NCBI RefSeq assembly: GCF_036321535.1
Contig: NC_087437.1
Location: forward strand, 77,378,001-77,442,000
Source: Camelus dromedarius
Taxonomy: Eukaryota
Direction: 5' to 3'
DNA length: 64,000 bases
The notes below the pieces were generated by a model. It was not told where the DNA came from. It saw nothing but the letters and a program-made list of their open reading frames with translations, and did no database searches. Each line of letters opens with the position of its first letter. Position 1 is the first letter of the stretch. Positions 11,020 to 24,140 of the stretch are shown here, piece after piece. Made by a program: the position numbers and the translations under genes.

Positions 11020-14000
11020 TTTTGCTTTTTAAAATGTTTTAAATAACTTTTTATTGAAGCATAGTTGATTTACAATGATAGTTTCAGGTGTACAGCAAAG
11101 CAATTCAGTTATACATACATATATTTTTTTTTATTTTCAGATTCTTTTCCATCATATGTTATTACAAGAAGTTAAATACAGTTTGCTGTTGTATACAGTA
11201 GGTCCTTGTTGTTTACCAATTTTATATATAGTAATGTGTATCCATTAATCCTAAACTACTAATTTATCTCTCACCTGCCCTTTCCCCTTTGGTAACCATA
11301 GTTTTTTCTATGTCAGTGAGTCTGTTTTGGGGCTGTAAAAAAAATTGTGTCTTTTTTTACATACAAGTGATATCGTTTGTTATTTGTCTTTCTCTGTCTG
11401 AATCCTTCACTTAATATGATAATGTCTACATCTATGCATGTTGCTACAAACAGCATTATTTCGTTCTTTTATATGGCTGAGTAATATTTCATTGTATATA
11501 TCTACCATATCTTCTTTATCCAGTAATTTGTTGGACATTTGTTAGCACATTAGGTTGTTTCCATGTCTTGGCTGCTGTAAATGCTGCAATGAACATTGGG
11601 GAGCATGTATCTTTTCAAATTATAATTCCCTCCAGATATATGCCCAGGAGTGGAGTTGCTAGATCATATGGTAACTCTATTTTTAGTTTTTAAGGAACCT
11701 CCATGATGTCCTACATAGTGGCTGCACCACTTTACATTCCCATCAACAGTGTAGGAGGGTTCCCTTTTCTCCACTCCCTCTCCAGAATTTGTTATTTGTA
11801 GACTTTTTAATGATGGCCATTCTGGCTGGTATGAGGTGCTACCTCATGTAGTTTTGATTTTCATTTCCCTAATAATTAGTGATGTTGAGCATCTTGGCCA
11901 TCTGGATGTCTTCTTTGGTGAAATATCTATTTAGGTCTTCTGCTCATTTCTTGATTGGGTTATTTGGTTTTTTCTTTTGATATTAAGCTGTAAGAACTGT
12001 TTCTGTATTTTGGAAATTAGTCCCTGGTTGGTTGCCTCATTTGCAAATATTTTCTTCCATTCCATAGGTTGTCTTTTCAGTCTGTTTATGGTATCCTTAG
12101 ATGTGTAAAAGCTTTTAAGTTTAATTAGGTATGATTTGTTTATTTTTGCTTTTATTTCCATTACTCTAGGGAGCTGATTCAAAAAAGATAATGCTGCAAT
12201 TTATATCAAAGAGTGTTCTGCCTGTTTTCGTCTAGGGGTTTTATAGTATCCGGTTTTACATTTAGGTCTTTAATCATTAATCTTGAGTTTATTTTTGTAT
12301 ATGGTGTTAGAGAATGTTCTAATTTCATTCTTTTACATGTAGCTGTCCAGTTTTCTCAGCACCACTTATTGAAGAGACTGTGTTTTCTCCATTGTATATT
12401 CTTGCCTCCCTTGTCACAGAGTAATTAACTATAAGTCCATGAGTTTATTTCTGGGATTTCTATCCTTGTCCACTGATCTATGTGTCTGTTTTTGTGCTAG
12501 TACCATACTGTTTTGATTACTGTAGCTTTGTAGTATAGTTGGAAGTCAGGAAGCCTATACTGTATCACATTGATTGATTTGTGAATATTGTAAAACCCTT
12601 GCATCCCTGGGATAAATCCCACTTGATCATGGTATTTGATCCTTTTAATGTTTTTGATGGAGTCAATTTGCTAGTATTTTGTTGAGGATTTTTGCATCTA
12701 TATTCATGTGATATTGGTTTGTGATTTTCTCTTCTTTGTGATATCTTTGTCTGATTTTGGTATCGGGGTGATGGTGGCCTCATAGAATGAGTTTGGAAGT
12801 GTTCCTTCCTTGACAATTTTTTGGAATTAACTATTCTCTAAATGTTTTGTAGAATTCCCCAGTTAAGGCTTCTGGCCTTGGACTTTTGTTTTTTGGGAGT
12901 TTTTAAATTACTGATTCAATTTCAGTACTGATAATTGGTCTATTCATATTTACTACTTCTTTCTGATTCAGTTTTAGGAGATTGTACCTTTCTAAGAAAT
13001 TGTCCACTTCTTCTAGCTTGTCCATTTTGTTGGTATATACTTGCTCATAGTAGCCTCTTATGATCCTTTGTGTTTCAGTGTTGTTGGTTGTAACTTCTCC
13101 TTTTTCATTTCTAATTTTACTAATTTAGACCCTCTCCCTTTTTTTTTCTTGATGAGTGTGGCTAAAAGTTTATCTATTTTGTGTATCTTTTCAAAGAACC
13201 AGCTTTTAGTTTCATTGATAGTTTCTGTTTTTTTAGTCTTTATTTCATTTACTTCTGCTCTAATCTTTATGATTTCTTTCCGTTTATTATATTTGAGTTT
13301 TGTTTGTTCTTCTTCCTCTAGTTGCTTTAGGTATACAGTTAGTTTATTTATTTGAGATTTTTCTTCTTTCCTGAGGTAGGCTTGTATTGCTATAAACTTC
13401 CCTCTTAGAACTGCGTTTGCTACATCCCATAGGTTTTGGATTGTCATATTTTCATTTTCACTTGTTTCTGAGTTATTTTTTATTTACTGTTTGATTTTTT
13501 TTTGTTTTTTTTTTGTTTTTTTTTTTTTTAGTGATCCATTGGTTGTTTAGTAGCATATTGCTCAGCCTCCATTTGTTCGTGGTTTCTGCAGTTTTTTGGT
13601 TTTTTGTTTTTTTTTTTTGTTTGTTTTTGTTTTTTTTTTTGGTAGTTGATTTCTAATCTCATAGCATTGTGGTTGGAAAAGACGCTTGATATGATTTCAA
13701 TTTTCTTAAATCAACTGAAGTTTGCTTTGTGGACCAACATGAGATCTATCCTGGAGAATGTTCCATTGCACTTGAGAAGGTTGTATATTCTGCTGCTTTC
13801 AGAAAGAGTGCTCTATAAGTATCAATTAAGTCCATCTGGTATAATGTGTCATTTAAGGCTTGTGTTTCCTTAATGATTTTCTGTCTAGATGATCTGTCCA
13901 TTGATATAAGTTGGGTGTTAAATTCCCTCGCTGCTATTGTGTTACTGTTAATTTCTCCTTTTCTGTCTGTTAATATTTGCCTTATATATTAAGGCACACG

Positions 14001-14212
14001 TATGTTGAGTGCATATACATATTTACAATAGTTATATCTTCTTGGATTGATCCCTTGAGCATTATGTACTGTCCTTCTTTGTCTCTTTTAACAGACTTTA
14101 TTTTAAAGACTACTTTTTCTAATGTAAGTATTGTGACTCTGGCTTTCTTTTGATTTCCATTTGCATGGAATACCTTTTTCCATCTCCTCACTTTCAGCCT
14201 GTATGTGACCAA
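11020..14212 (-). mobile_element. L1, 5'-truncated, ORF2 pseudogene plus 3'UTR, with an internal deletion
   Basis: ORF-track fragments match L1 ORF2 (YRLKVRRWKKVFHANGNQKKARV; IQNLWDVANAVLRGKFIAIQAYL...INETKSWFFEKI; IKLKSFYTSKDTINRLKRQPMEWKKIFAN); T-rich tail and ttttattg polyA signal at ~11020-11057. Confidence 0.95.
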
Positions 14213-14714
14213 AGGTGCTCTAGACTTAATTCAGACCAGCCATGAGAAATTGTTTTATAGCCTGGAAGAGATAGAAACATTGGGCAAATAAGATGTTAAC
14301 TTTGAAATAAGAGGGACACTGGGCATGTAGTCAGTGCCTAATTTAGGAAAGCACATTTCCCAAAGTTAGGGGCTGGTATCATGACCTGATTCAGGAAGAA
14401 AAGTTGCATTAAATAAAATTATGACTATTAACTGCAAGTGTTTCTTTATGAGAGAAGAAGAGACATATATAAAGAGAACAGCATGGTAAACTTCAATGTC
14501 TACAAATGTACACAAGATGGATAGAGGGCCCACCTGAATAAGCAAGACTGCATAGGAAAGATAATACCAAGAATAAGCTGCAGTTACAGAAAAAATATTT
14601 GCCCAGTACAAGAAGAATAAGAAAACACAGGTCTATTACTTAAAGCAATTATATTAATTATAAAAACTAGGATGTGTTAGCCCGTATCTCTTCCTTTATC
14701 TTCCTTGTAATTAC

Positions 14715-14965
14715 TACACTTTACTGAGTTGATGTCCATGAACTAGGCATCAGACTAGTTGCTTTAGGCAGATTATCTCATTTAAATCTTAGCACAACAC
14801 CATGATGTGGTTATTATCATCCCTTTTCTCCAGAAATGGGGAAACTGAATTTTAAAGAGGTTACATAACTTGCCCACAGGCACACAGTTAGCAAGTGGCA
14901 GAACCAGGATTTGAACTAAAGCAGCCTAACTCCCGATCTCATGCTTTTAATCACTAAACTCTATT
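14715..14965 (-). mobile_element. MIR SINE
   Basis: ttatctcatttaaatc...gaaactgaattttaaagaggttacataacttgcccacaggcacacagttagcaagtggcagaaccaggatttgaac. Confidence 0.9.
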
Positions 14966-16114
14966 ATCTGCAGCATCAAAAGAGATCATTCAAAATGGAA
15001 ACGACAGAACAAGCATGGGTACGAAGGCACTGAAGTCCAAGATACCTAAGAGGCATTTAGACACGCTAAATGAGTTTTAGCTCCCTAGCCAAGCCCAATT
15101 ACCCTTCAGACAACTAATATTCTGTACCAGTGAGATCACTGTACCTCTCACAATGATCTATAAAGAATACTGGAAAAATCATCTGGCATCTAAAGACTAC
15201 AGACAGATAAATAATTTCTCAAGCTTTTAGAATAATGAGAAATTTGATTTTACGTTAACAACGACCTATTTATATTATGTCCATCCTAAAAAAAAAAATT
15301 ATAGCTGGTCTATCAAAAAAATAGCTTAAGAAAGTAATTATTTGGTCAGTAAAGATCAGCCTGTATTCATTAAGTATGAGCCATGACAGATGAAAATATT
15401 TATATTTTAAAATGTAGAATGTACTAAAATAAATTCCAATGCGTATATATATTTTTTGACCAAAGGAAAGCAGTGGACAGCGTTTATGGGATGTATGAAA
15501 GACCATGAACTGAACAGTATACTCAGGATTTTTAAGTAGCTGTGCAAGTTAATGAAAGTTTACTGACAGAGCAGTATCAAGTAGAAGAAAGTTTTTTAAT
15601 GGCTTAATCAGAAATTTCCTCTCAGCCCTTTCTGGATTAAAATTTTTATCAACAAAGATATAGAGGATCTCTTTAACATATTTAAGAATGATTAAAAGGG
15701 AGAAGAGATAGTAAATGCAAAGTTTTCTAGAAAGGATTTCTGTAGTATCTCAACAGAATAGGATGCTGGACAGAATCTAACTGGATATAATTTAACAAAG
15801 ATATATTTTTAAAAGTGTGTGCCTTGGTTAAACAAGCAAACAGTTGCACTCGTACAGGATGAAGGAGATTTGATGTCCCAGGAGCAGGCACAAACATGTC
15901 TCTGGACTTTGCATTGATAGAAGTTCTACATGAGTCAGCAGAATGCTCTGAATTGGGCATCCCGTAGGGAACTATTGCAGTCAGTCCTGGGCTCTAACAA
16001 ATTACAAAGCATTCAGAAGAGAATGACCAGGATAATCTAAGCTCAGAGAAAAAGCACATGAAGAAAGCCTTAAGGAAAAAAAGATAGAAACACTGAGGCT
16101 GTTTCGCCTGCAAA

Positions 16115-16570
16115 GAAGTGTGTGCTCATCCGTTATAATGCCCTTGGGTGCAAGTAACAGCTCCAATTCAAACTGGTGTAAAAATTAAGAAATTATATTT
16201 TCTCCTATAAGAAGTCCAGAATTTAAGTAGCTTTCACATGGTAATGACCGATCAAGGCATCAAACGCAAGAGAATACATCCAGCAGCAACACCTCTTCCT
16301 CTGGCTGACTACAAAGAGAAAGGAGAGAAAGAAACCTTTTTCTGGAAGGCTCTCTGGTGACGGCATTGGTCAGAATTGTCTAATTACCATTCCTTGACCA
16401 TCACTTTCAAAAGAATGGGATTACTCCCACACTAAGCCGTACTCCCCAGAACTAAGAAAAGGTCATGTTCCTCTGAGACATGATGATGTATGAGGAAGGT
16501 GGTAGGAATTTGAGCAAAATTGAAAGTTCTGTTAGAAATAAAAAGAACACCAATCGGGTCTAACACACAA
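16115..16570 (-). mobile_element. Old MaLR LTR (MLT1J/K-like)
   Basis: ggtgcaagtaacagctccaattcaaactgg...agaagtccaga...cattggtcagaattgtc...tccttgaccatcact. Confidence 0.6.
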
Positions 16571-17169
16571 TGTCCTAGGGAAAACTTAATAGCAGCTTTC
16601 AATTATTTAAGAGTTGCCATATGGAAATATATCCTATGGTTCAAGAGAAGGGAATCTAAGATTAATGTTTGGAAGTTAAAGGTGGATATACAGCAAGCCA
16701 GTAATAAATGAAATTTGCTGCATAATGAACGATTCCCTCACTCTGCATGTATCCTCTAGAGGGAAGGAACTAGAATGCCCTCCAGAAAATCTTCCAACCA
16801 AAGCACAGCTTACAATTCTGCAGATTTTATCCTGCACAAAAGCACAACCAACAAGGTAGGTAGAGACTGAAGGTCGGGCCGTTGTCAACCTGCAAAATAA
16901 TGCAGATCTCTCTGGGACCGAGGCCCCACATTCAGACAAAGACACCATATATTGCAAGCCACTCCTCCACAGTGTCAGCGTGTACTGAAAGGGGCACCTT
17001 TCTTGAATCTGCACAAAGATGCCATGTGTGCTAGTCAGCATGACAGTGATTCCAATGCTAGGCTTCTGCGATTGAATTTCATAACTTTCTAAAATAAGTT
17101 GGAAAGAACAGAAGAGCAGTTTCAAAGTAATAACAATTTAAATACTACTTTTATATAGCAAAGCACTTT

Positions 17170-17300
17170 TTTATCCTTAAAATAGGTATTATGATTATTC
17201 TCATTTTATAGATGGGGATACTGAGGACCAAGTTTAAATACCATCTATTAGTAAATGCCGGATTTGGGTTTTCTAACTCAGGGAAGTCTGCCTGATTCCA
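17170..17300 (-). mobile_element. MIR fragment
   Basis: attattctcattttatagatggggatactgagg...ggatttggg...agtctgcctgattcca. Confidence 0.7.
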
Positions 17301-18147
17301 AATAAGTGCAGTGAAAATAGAAATTCTTCTCCTTCCTCCTGTTTCTCCTTTTCCTCCTACTCCTTTTTCTTCTTCTACTGAATTTGCAAATCTTTCTCTG
17401 GTGGAGATAGTAAAATATTTTATAGTAATAATACTTATTTCTTAAACCCAGACACTCTTTAAGAGCAAAATCCTGTCCTTCCCATATTATGTTGTTCACT
17501 GAGGATTTTTATGTTTTCCTGTGTACCCACAAATTATTAAATATCACAGTAATGATCTCTTTCCATCATTTGATTGGCATATACATTCTAATGATGGCTC
17601 TGCTTCAAGGAGAAGAATGGGTTAGATATGTGCTCCAGTTAGAGTTGGATTGAATGGATTTTGGTATCAGCTCAGCTCTATAATGACCCTATGCTGAAAT
17701 AACTTATTAAAGAATGACTTTTTATATTAAACTTCTTGTCAGGCATTCAGTATATCTTAAATTTATTACTAATATATCTGCTGTCACATACACAATGAAT
17801 CCTTCCGATTTCCTTTTATTTATGGAAATATTACATATATCCAAGTAAATCTTAGTGCCACTTTGCTACAAAGAATATTGAAGGGCAGAGAAGTAAAGTC
17901 TTTTTGTATGCCAGCGTCAGTAGTCAGGTTTATATTTAGAAATAAAAGGGAAAATAATAAAAAGTAGAGAATAACAGAGGGGTTGGGGGCTGTTGGATGG
18001 GGAAAAGAAGTGTAAGGGAGACTTTTCACTGTGTCCCTTTTTATCTTTTAAAATTTATTTAAGCCATTAAAATTTATTTATTTAAAATGATAAGTCAATG
18101 AATGAATAAGCTTGGTTAAAACTTAAACCAAATAATAGCTAGATAAA

Positions 18148-18206
18148 CAAGAAGGAAGAAAAAAAACGGGAAGGAAGGAAAGGAAAGGAAAGGACAGGAA
18201 AGAAGA
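18148..18206. repeat. Purine-rich (GGAA/GGAAA)n simple repeat
   Basis: gggaaggaaggaaaggaaaggaaaggacaggaaag. Confidence 0.85.
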
Positions 18207-19844
18207 GGTTGGTTGACACATATTTTACTTAAGTGCTAAGTGATCTTCACAAAGTTATCCAGGAATCTTAAAAAGTGATCATAAGTTTCTTAATTCTTAG
18301 AACACATTTACAGATGATTCAGATCTTTTACAGAAAGTACAGGAGAGGAATGTGGAGAGAGGAAATCAGTTTTGGAGAGAGGAGGGGAACTAAAGTTGGG
18401 ATGTCTAAGGATTACTAATCCTTTTCTAGTGCATTAGCCAGAAGACTCCACATTTTTTGTACTTTTGAGGAACAAGAAAGGAAAATGAAGAAATCATTGA
18501 AATAATTGGCTGGATGTAAATCAACTGATACTCAGAAGAAAGTGAAATCCTCAATTTGCAAATTCAAAGATGTACAATAGATTTCTCTAGGGCTCAGTGG
18601 AAAGTTCTCCAGACTGCAAAGACGTATGACTCTGGACTGAGTGTAGATTGCACCACCGCAAAGTGACTCCATCTGAAAATGGGACACAGAAACATAGCTT
18701 ATGTGCTTGTTGTAAGAATATACACTAAAGTGCTTTGTCAACAGCCACTGTCAATTCACCTACGAAGTTAAGACACCTTGACAAGACTTCATTTAGGATT
18801 TTTCAGATTCCTCCAGGCTGAAGGTTGTAGTAAAGTTGGTTATAAAAGGAATTTCTGTAAAGTCTCTTCTATAATGAAATTAGAAGTAGACTTCTAAGTA
18901 AAAATTAAGAATAAGACAGTCATTGCAAGTGCACTTCTGGGTCGCTTTCATATTTTACATTTCTCCCCCATAGTTCTGGACTCTGAGATACCCTCTTTGG
19001 ATTCTTCAATCTGGAAATTTTATTTTCTTCCCTTCTCATATTTTAAGAATTTATTTGTGTATTTATTATGTTTACTTAGGATATTCAAGATGATTAATAG
19101 AACAGGGTAGAAATATTATATTCCCCACTAGGTGTGTCAACAGATCATAATAAAGTCTGAAAGTCTTTTAGTATTGAGGCTCCAAATTCTATAAACAATT
19201 CTGGTAGTATTTCATTAAAAGCAAGGAAATCTTGCAAACAAGAACCTATTTTATACCCATCAGAGGCCACATGACATGTTTAAGATATACCTACGGAATC
19301 AGTTCCATTTAGTTTACGAAGGCCCACTGTGCTTCATTTCTTGAGATGCCAGATTCCAAGAATACACAGATTAATGAGAGAACACCCCTGGCTCCTGTGG
19401 ACTTTTCAGTCCAATGGAGGAGACGGATCTGTAAACACCTCATGGCAATGGGAAGAGCAGGAGCAGTCTCTGCACGCACACCTTCTCCAGGAAGACCGGT
19501 CAAGGCAGGAAGGGATCTGAATTCCAATGGGCCTTACTCGGTGACTATTCCAGACTCCTTACACATCCGTTCCCAGGGTGCTGATTAATACCTGGGCCTC
19601 CAAATGAGAACGACCTTAGCAGATCACAAGCTTTCTATTACGTGAATCCTGAGCCCCGTTCTCTGGATCTCCTGACTGCAGACCACTGTCTACTCTTCCT
19701 TACTTTAGTCTTCTGTTGCCCCTTGCCTCTAGTTTGGTGCATTGATTTATCACTACCTAACTTTCCAAACCAGCCCTGGTGACCTATACTTTTTCTCCAC
19801 CTCGGACCGAGGGTTCCCCAGACTTGGAAGGAGGGTGCTGATGT

Positions 19845-20045
19845 CATCTCCGGCAGAGACTACCTTTTTCCTCTTCCTGTTGTGCACGCAGCCACACTAG
19901 TTTTGCACCACTTTTGCAGTTACATACAGTCATCTAAGTGAGTTCCAGTCAGTGAATGTAAGTGGAAATGACAGGCACCTCTTCCAGGCCTGACCCATTA
20001 AAACAATCTCATGCCCAGTCCTATGTGTTCTCTCATCTTCTACAG
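19845..20045 (+). mobile_element. Old MaLR LTR fragment (MLT1-like)
   Basis: gagttccagtcagtgaatgtaagtggaaatgacaggcacctcttccaggcctgacccattaaaac. Confidence 0.6.
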
Positions 20046-23000
20046 ATCAATGTAAAATAAGGACAGAAATGGTAGGCAGACTGGAGGGAAATAGAGTAAA
20101 TTAGCTTTGAACCTAATAAACTTTACCTCATTAGACAAAAAAAAAAATTTTTATTTATCGCAGCAAATGTTAGCAGGTACAGAAAGAGTTGTTTGTTTGA
20201 AAATTTACATTTGCATCATGTAGTTGCTATCAGCTTTTAAAGCCAAATTATAAAATCTTATTTAAAATTACTAGTAAATGGTCAGAAAATTACAGGATTC
20301 TAGTGCAATATTTCTTATTTCCTTTCTTAGTTCCATGAGGAATGGAAAAATACAAATTTAACTGCCTTCAGAATTTTCATCACTTTGTAATTTAATTTAA
20401 ATTTTTGTGGCCACAAGGCATTCTTTGTAATAAAACTAAAATGATGTGAAGGGGAGCAGCTTCTGGTAATTGATGATTTTTTGTCAGGAATTTTAGGTTG
20501 TATTTCTAATTCTGCCACAGGCTCATTAGATCACATTATGTTCAGCAAGTTAGTATCTTTGTCAGGGAGTTCTGTGGTGGTGTATTAGTTATTTTTTTTA
20601 ATATATATATATTTTTTTATCATGACAGGGGAACTCCTGTGGGTACTTAACAGGATCTGGAGTATATTCATGTAGCCTTTATTTTATCTTTATAGTTGTT
20701 CTCTTTCACTCTTTCTGATTCTTCTAGCTGATTCTTTGTCCCTAATTTTTTTTTTCCTATGAAAGATAATGCTACCCATCTGGCAGCTGTTTGCAATGAA
20801 CTGAAGAGGCTTGAGAAAATTCCCTGGCAGAGTGGCACTTACATTTGTGTCATCTACAACAGAAATATAATTATAATGTTAACATAAATCTATCCCTTCT
20901 GAAATGTCAAAATGTTTTCAGGCTTCACCAGTTATTTTCATTATTATAAATGAGGGTGGTTCTTCTTTCAAGGAAACTATCATTTTCAAGCTTCCATGAG
21001 ATATAGGTACAGTCCATAGTAGCACTTAAATATTTCAAATAATGTGTGTCGAGGAAATAGCTTTATAATTTTTTAACATAAATCTAAAATAATTCACAAA
21101 AAATAAGCTTGCAACAGACCAGTGTCAGCTGACCCCGCTTTTGTCAAAGACAGAGATCCTCAGCTTCCTTTTTTCAACTGTTCATCAGGGTGCCAAAAGA
21201 CCACAACTTCCATTGACTTGTTAATTGGTTGAAGCTTAAATAATTTTAATGATTTACTGCTTTATTTGCAATTACATTTTACCTTATCATTACTCACATA
21301 CTACAGCACAATTTCCTTGGAAAGGATATATAAAAGTAATTAAAGACAAAATACTCAGAGTACATATTTTTCATAACTGTACTGTATGATGGGCGAGACC
21401 ATAAGTGGAGGAAATTGATGAATTGAAGAAGCAAAACAGATGGTAGAGCTGCATACACGTGCCAACACACTCCAGCCTGCAGTCTGTTCCAGATCCTGCT
21501 AAGGCCAGAAACCTAGTGAAAAAAATCCCAAGAGCTCAATCCAGCAGAAAAGCCCTGTAGTTCCCTTGGGTCCATGAAAGCAGGCTTCCTGGCTCTAACA
21601 AAAGTAGACTTATGCAAAGCAGGATGCCATGGAAATGCTGTGTTTTCTGACCTTCTGGAAATTTTCTTGTTAAAGCATATGGCCTTTCTCAAGGCAATAA
21701 ATGATGCAGATAAATGGATATAGAGAGACAGAGTCATTCTCTCTTTCCTTACGTATGGCCATTGGTTTTTTTTCCTATTTGCAATTAGTCTTTCCTTTGT
21801 TTTATGCTAATATGTAGTGGACACCCTACTCATCTCTAAGAGTTACATGGATGATTAAAATGATAGTTCTGCTCCTAGGTTTTTCATTACTTTAGTCTGC
21901 TAAGAAAAGCTTTGGAAAAACACTGTAGGGCAATGAGAATGCTGGTAAAGTGAACCACAAAGTTCAGGTAAATCAAGGCAGTTTTCTTTTGGCTTCAAAA
22001 TTTCTTCTCAGCTACCAAAATGGTGGCAAATTCATAATAGGACAAGGGTGTCCCCAGCTGCTAACCAAGGTCATTTTCAAGTAGTGTTCCAACTAGTGCC
22101 TTGTGAGTCAACTGTATTTAAGTCATCAGTAAAAAAAGCATAGAAGAAAGTCAAGTGATAGAGGGTTTTAATATTTAAATTTTGGCTGAACATTAGTTGT
22201 AAAAGGGAACATGGAGAAAGAAACTAAATATACAACACTATGAGCTTGGTAAAGTAAAGCATGCCATTGTATACTATGGAATATTAGGCATCTAAGGGAG
22301 TCATATTACAGAAATAGTAGATAAGAAAATGCATATGATACACTATTAAGTGAAAGAAACCCAAATCAATTCAGGATAAATTGTTCTGATATTTGTTTGT
22401 CTTCCTGACTAAGAACAAATAGTAGATTCCAATAATGATTTTGGATCACCACTTCTTAAAATGGATCTTAGGAGGAAATAGAGCAACAACACTGAGGCAA
22501 TGGATGAAGGAGGGAAAAAAATCTACTTTTGATGGATAAGTTTTTGAGGATGGCTGAAGCGCAGGGGGCATTATAAGGGCACCCCCTGAGAAGGAGGGCA
22601 CTGCTGTAGGGCTGTGAGCCACAGCTGGTTTGGTCAAATAGAACTACAGTCAACCCAGTCTTCATGACTTCATGGAACAGTTAACCAACTATTTGGAGAT
22701 CCAGCAGCAGTAAATTATGACAATCCCACAGGGATGATTGACTCAGTGCCCGTTACTAACCTTTATAATACAGAGGATAGCTAGCCCATGGGTATATCCC
22801 TGCATTGGAACCTAAGACCAAAATTCAAATATGGATGAAAAATGACTTTTCTGTCTTTTTACTTGTCTGTCAACACTTAGTAAATCAATCTTTTTTCCTT
22901 TTCTACTTTACTGGTGGAAAGTATGCTTCATGAATTGGCCAAAATAAACAAGTAGATTCGGGTGGTAAATCAGTCCTTAGAATTATCATCTTAATCCAGC

Positions 23001-23869
23001 AGACATTTTATAACTCATGCAAACTACTCTAATGAAACTTATAAATTATCTGTTAAACAAGCTTATTTCAAAATAATTAGGGGTTATTAAGACATATAAA
23101 AATATCAACGATGTGAGAAAGAATATAAACAGTGCCAAATACAGACAACACTAATTTTTTTTGATTAGTCATCTCAGGTCACCTTGTATGCCAAATCCCA
23201 AGTATCTTCTTCCCCCTTTAGAAAATTGAGTGTAAGAGGGACGAGAGTCTGGTCTAAGGTGTTCATTACCCTGTCCTGGAAAAAATAGAAGATTTAAGTG
23301 GATAGATAGGCTTTTGTTTAGCAGTTCAAGGTCAAAGTGAACAATAATATCTCCCTATAAACCCACAGATACTCTTAATCAGAAGGTTTCCCTGTTAATA
23401 CCCCATAATGCATCAATAATTTGTACCTCACTGTGTAATACACACTACTTTGTTCAGATAGTCAGAACAATACCCAGCATAAACATTTACAGTAGGGAAT
23501 CTTCACAGGGGAGGAGCTGGAGTGAGAAGTAGATGAGAAAGATGAGGCTTTTCTGGGAAGGGCAGACCTAGTCTGGGTACCTCATGTGAAGGTTTCGAAT
23601 CCCTAAAGGCAACAGGAAAACTCTGGGAATTTGAGGAGTAGAAGAAAGATGTAGAATGGGAAGCAAGAGGAAGACAAAATCCATTTCACTTTCAAATTTT
23701 TACCTGGAGTCCAAAGCCAGTGCTCCACTGAAAGTAATCTTTAATCTTTAGCAAGCTGTTAATACCAGGTGTCAAGAACCACGTGTATTTGGGACCTCTT
23801 CACACTGGAAACTCCTGGCAAGCAGGGCAGATACTTTATTTGTCTCTTCCAGCCTTGGCATATAGTAGT

Positions 23870-24140
23870 GAGATAAGGCAAACATAACCAAAAATGAATA
23901 GGATGGCAACTTCTTTTGTGTGACTCACTGCCAAAAAAGAATCAGTTAAACCAAGCAGTTAAAGTTAATAACAGGCATGTGTGCTGGGTGCAGAGGAAAC
24001 ACAGAAAACAGAGTTGGCGAAAGTGGTCAGTCTTCCCAGGGGAGGTGAAGTCAAGAGATGCTTTGTAGAGCAGATGATATTCATGTTGATGTTTGATGTT
24101 CATGTTGGGAAGAAAAAGAGCAAAGGGTATTGCAGACAAA
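23870..24140 (-). mobile_element. L2 fragment
   Basis: gtcagtcttcccaggggaggtgaagtcaagagatgctttgtagagcagatgatattcatgttgatgtttga. Confidence 0.5.

Larger units (their letters stand above)
14213..16760 (+). mobile_element. L3/CR1 LINE relic interrupted by MIR and MLT1
   Basis: ggtgctctagacttaattcagacc (GALDLIQT, similar to CR1 LDLILT); decayed RT-like region ~15610-15700 (tttttatcaac...atatttaagaatgat, similar to IFIND...KFADD); 3' region ttaatagcagctttcaattatttaagagttgccatatgg. Confidence 0.6.

Noticed and set aside
11931..14212. ORFs resembling endonuclease/reverse transcriptase
   Set aside because: These are fragmented L1 ORF2 pieces with frameshifts, stops and an internal deletion. They are not a host gene, retron or novel RT system.
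16676..17125. 149-aa minus-strand ORF
   Set aside because: Non-ATG start, overlaps the L3 3' end, and has no recognisable homology.
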